From positions 1 through 64,000 of the IMG/VR virus record IMGVR_UViG_3300013383_000023: a stretch of DNA of 64,000 nucleotides. The stretch is one strand, 5' to 3'. Below, in pieces: positions 61,901 to 64,000 of this stretch. The number at the start of each line of letters is the position of its first letter. Position 1 is the stretch's first letter. A program made the position numbers and the translations under genes. Source of the stretch: a virus. Its lineage: Duplodnaviria; Caudoviricetes. The notes beneath the pieces are model-generated. The model was not told where the DNA came from. It searched no databases and saw only the letters and a program-made list of their open reading frames with translations.

Positions 61901-64000
61901 TGGGATCTAGAAATGCAACGGAACAATTAGTATCTGCGTTATCACTTAAGCCGGGAGAAGATGGCAAACTTCACCAGAATATGCCAATAGCCGCTACTGC
62001 ATCTTCTAAATGGGTTGAAAGTATCATCATATCAAATGTCAATAAGAAAATTGTAGATATTATGACTCCTGGCACTTCTTTTGTTCAACGTTCTGTATTC
62101 GCTATGGAAGATGAGAACAGAAAAGAAGGTGAAGGAGAAATAAAAGGCGCGGATTCTTACAATGGCCAAGAGCTTAAAATGATTAATAACAAGAACTCTA
62201 TGGATGCTATAGTATCTCTTGATTATTTCAAGGATATTATCCCAAAGAGTATTAAGACGTTTAAAGATGCTCGTAAATGGCTTATAGACAATAAGATTAT
62301 TGGTAATGATGCCGATGCAAATACTATTGGATATCGTATTCCTACGTAGGCAGAATCATCAATTCACGCAATAAGAATTCTTGATGTAATTGATGATGTA
62401 AAAGGATCTGTTATACTTCCTAAAGCATTTACTACTGTAACTGGTTCGGATAAAATATATCAATGTTCGAACCAGTATAATATAAAAAACTCCTTTAATT
62501 GCTGGAAACTCCATATTGTGTGGACAATCAGCAGCCAAGCCCTTTAAGGGAAGGTTCAACGACTATCGAAATCATAGTATAAGAGAAACACTTATATGAA
62601 GAAGAGAGTAGAGTACACGAAAGTGGAAATGGGGAGCTTTTAATGTATGGTAACAGTACATTAATTGAAGATATAGTCTGATCTCATTGGTAACAATGAG
62701 TTAACAAAAATGTTTGATATTGATCACCTTTATTTACAAAGATTAAACTTCAAAGTAGGTGAAGATGATAAGGTGATAGAAAATGCATACGATGCTTCAC
62801 AAAAAGAGTTTTATCAGAACAAACTATTGAATACAATGATGGTACTTCTTCTTGATACAGACAATTCCATGCATCTTCTATTCAAGTCTATTGATAACGA
62901 TACTACATTGGCGCAAGATTGTGCTAAAGCTATGAGAAAAGATAATTCTACTGCTAATCAAGCTTATAACTTTAATACATTATCAGAACAGGTTGGAAGA
63001 AAAAATACGTTTATTTCTGGTAAATTCGGTATAGGCCCTTATGCTCTTAACTTGACAATGCAAACATTGTTAGAACAATTTAATATGGACTTAAAGCCTA
63101 GCTCTATTCCTGCTAAAATTGGTAGGTCAAAAATCGGTAATCACTTTACTGACGAAGGGGATACCACATTGGCGTGGTTAAGCGCATTTATCAACGGTAA
63201 TGTCGACAATGTTAAAGACCCATGGGTGGCTAGACTTAATTCTAATAATACAACGTTCAACATGATTAATTTCTTACTTAAACTTGGTTATGGAAAACAG
63301 GCCGTTTGGTTCTGCGCACAACCTATACTTAAGAAGTATGCTGAATTCTAGAGCGTTAAGAATTGTAAGCTGTTACAAGACCCATAGAATTTTTAGTCGC
63401 AGGATGTAATGCTTGATAAGTTCTTAAAAGATAATATAGGAATGAGTCTTGAATAGGTTCGAGCGTAGGTAAAATCTATTCGTAAAAATGGCAGTAATCT
63501 AATCAAAAATACATTAGATAATGTTCTTCTTAAAAGTGCAGCTACCGAGAATGGCGCTTTGTCTGAAAAAGAGACTAAAGATTTGTAGAAGAATGTAATG
63601 CTTACGTGGTTTGCATTAGAATCATCTGCAGAATAGTTATCTAGATTAATTCAATTCTCGAAGATTGATACTAGAAAAGAAGGTAAAACGTTCTCGCAAT
63701 TGACTGCTTACAAATATGGTTATCAAGCTTTATATAACGATAACTACGATTAGTCTATGACATTTAATCAAAAGACTGCCAATTCGTAGTTAATGTATAA
63801 TGATGAAGATTTAGCAAAACTTAGAGAGGGTACTTGGATTGGCCCAAAAACTAGAAGTGTTCTTAATTCTATATTTAAAGCAATGTCTAAATAGATGTTT
63901 GTTGCAAATAATAACTTTAGATCTAAAATTATAAAGATGGCCGAAATGTTGTATCCAAATTGTAAATACACTGGCAAACTCTCGGCCAATCTTATAGATG
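49921..64000 (+). CDS. Giant virion RNA polymerase polyprotein (>4600 aa, runs off the window; exon 1 49921-62451, exon 2 from 62713)
   Basis: The main + strand track fragments from 49921 to 62349 share one frame; IGYRIPT(TAG)AESS, TGSD|FDIDHL catalytic motif, VDNVKDP; internal HEAFH zincin motif. Confidence 0.88.
62452..62712 (+). mobile_element. Group I intron (261 nt, no ORF) in the RNAP catalytic motif
   Basis: 12-bp P1: ACTGGTTCGGAT| with GTTCGAACCAGT; AATTGCTGGAAA, AATCAGCAGCC, TTCAACGACTA, AAGATATAGTCT; terminal G; in-frame TAA inside the intron. Confidence 0.92.

Noticed and set aside
62710-63351. Independent gene starting MFDIDHL (likewise 31950 MREFD)
   Set aside because: These are downstream exons; the ATG at 62710 includes the intron's terminal G
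2340-63989. Minus-strand and alternate-frame ORFs in the track overlapping + strand genes (e.g. 2340..2726, 8280..8729, 38295..38702, 62359..62559)
   Set aside because: Shadow ORFs of real genes or introns, with no recognisable motifs
6020-64000. Widespread pseudogenisation or sequencing errors suggested by fragmented ORFs
   Set aside because: Breaks are at TAG with the frame preserved; recoding plus the introns explains them

Overview
Virion-gene half of a crAss-like phage (Crassvirales) genome, AT-rich and mostly on the + strand, using genetic code 15 (TAG = Gln). The supplied ORF track is therefore badly fragmented; coordinates below were re-joined by hand by reading through TAG. Gene order: small minus-strand genes; a divergent promoter/repeat region; GroES-like and HU-like genes; a tRNA region; PI-PLC-like; dUTPase; tail fibre module; TerS?; TerL (class-3 intein plus group I intron); portal (intein); a hidden GH73 muralytic protein; scaffold-like gene; major capsid protein (group I intron with HNH); ring proteins; DUF5675-holin-spanin lysis cassette; tail stabilisation protein; cargo proteins; and a >4600-aa virion RNA polymerase polyprotein whose catalytic D|FDID motif is split by a group I intron. 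The most notable finding is a predicted amber-suppressor tRNA whose CUA anticodon is interrupted by a 985-nt group I intron encoding an HNH endonuclease, so the tRNA that would decode the recoded late genes can only form after self-splicing. All product calls come from motif recall and synteny; no database searches or folding programs were run.
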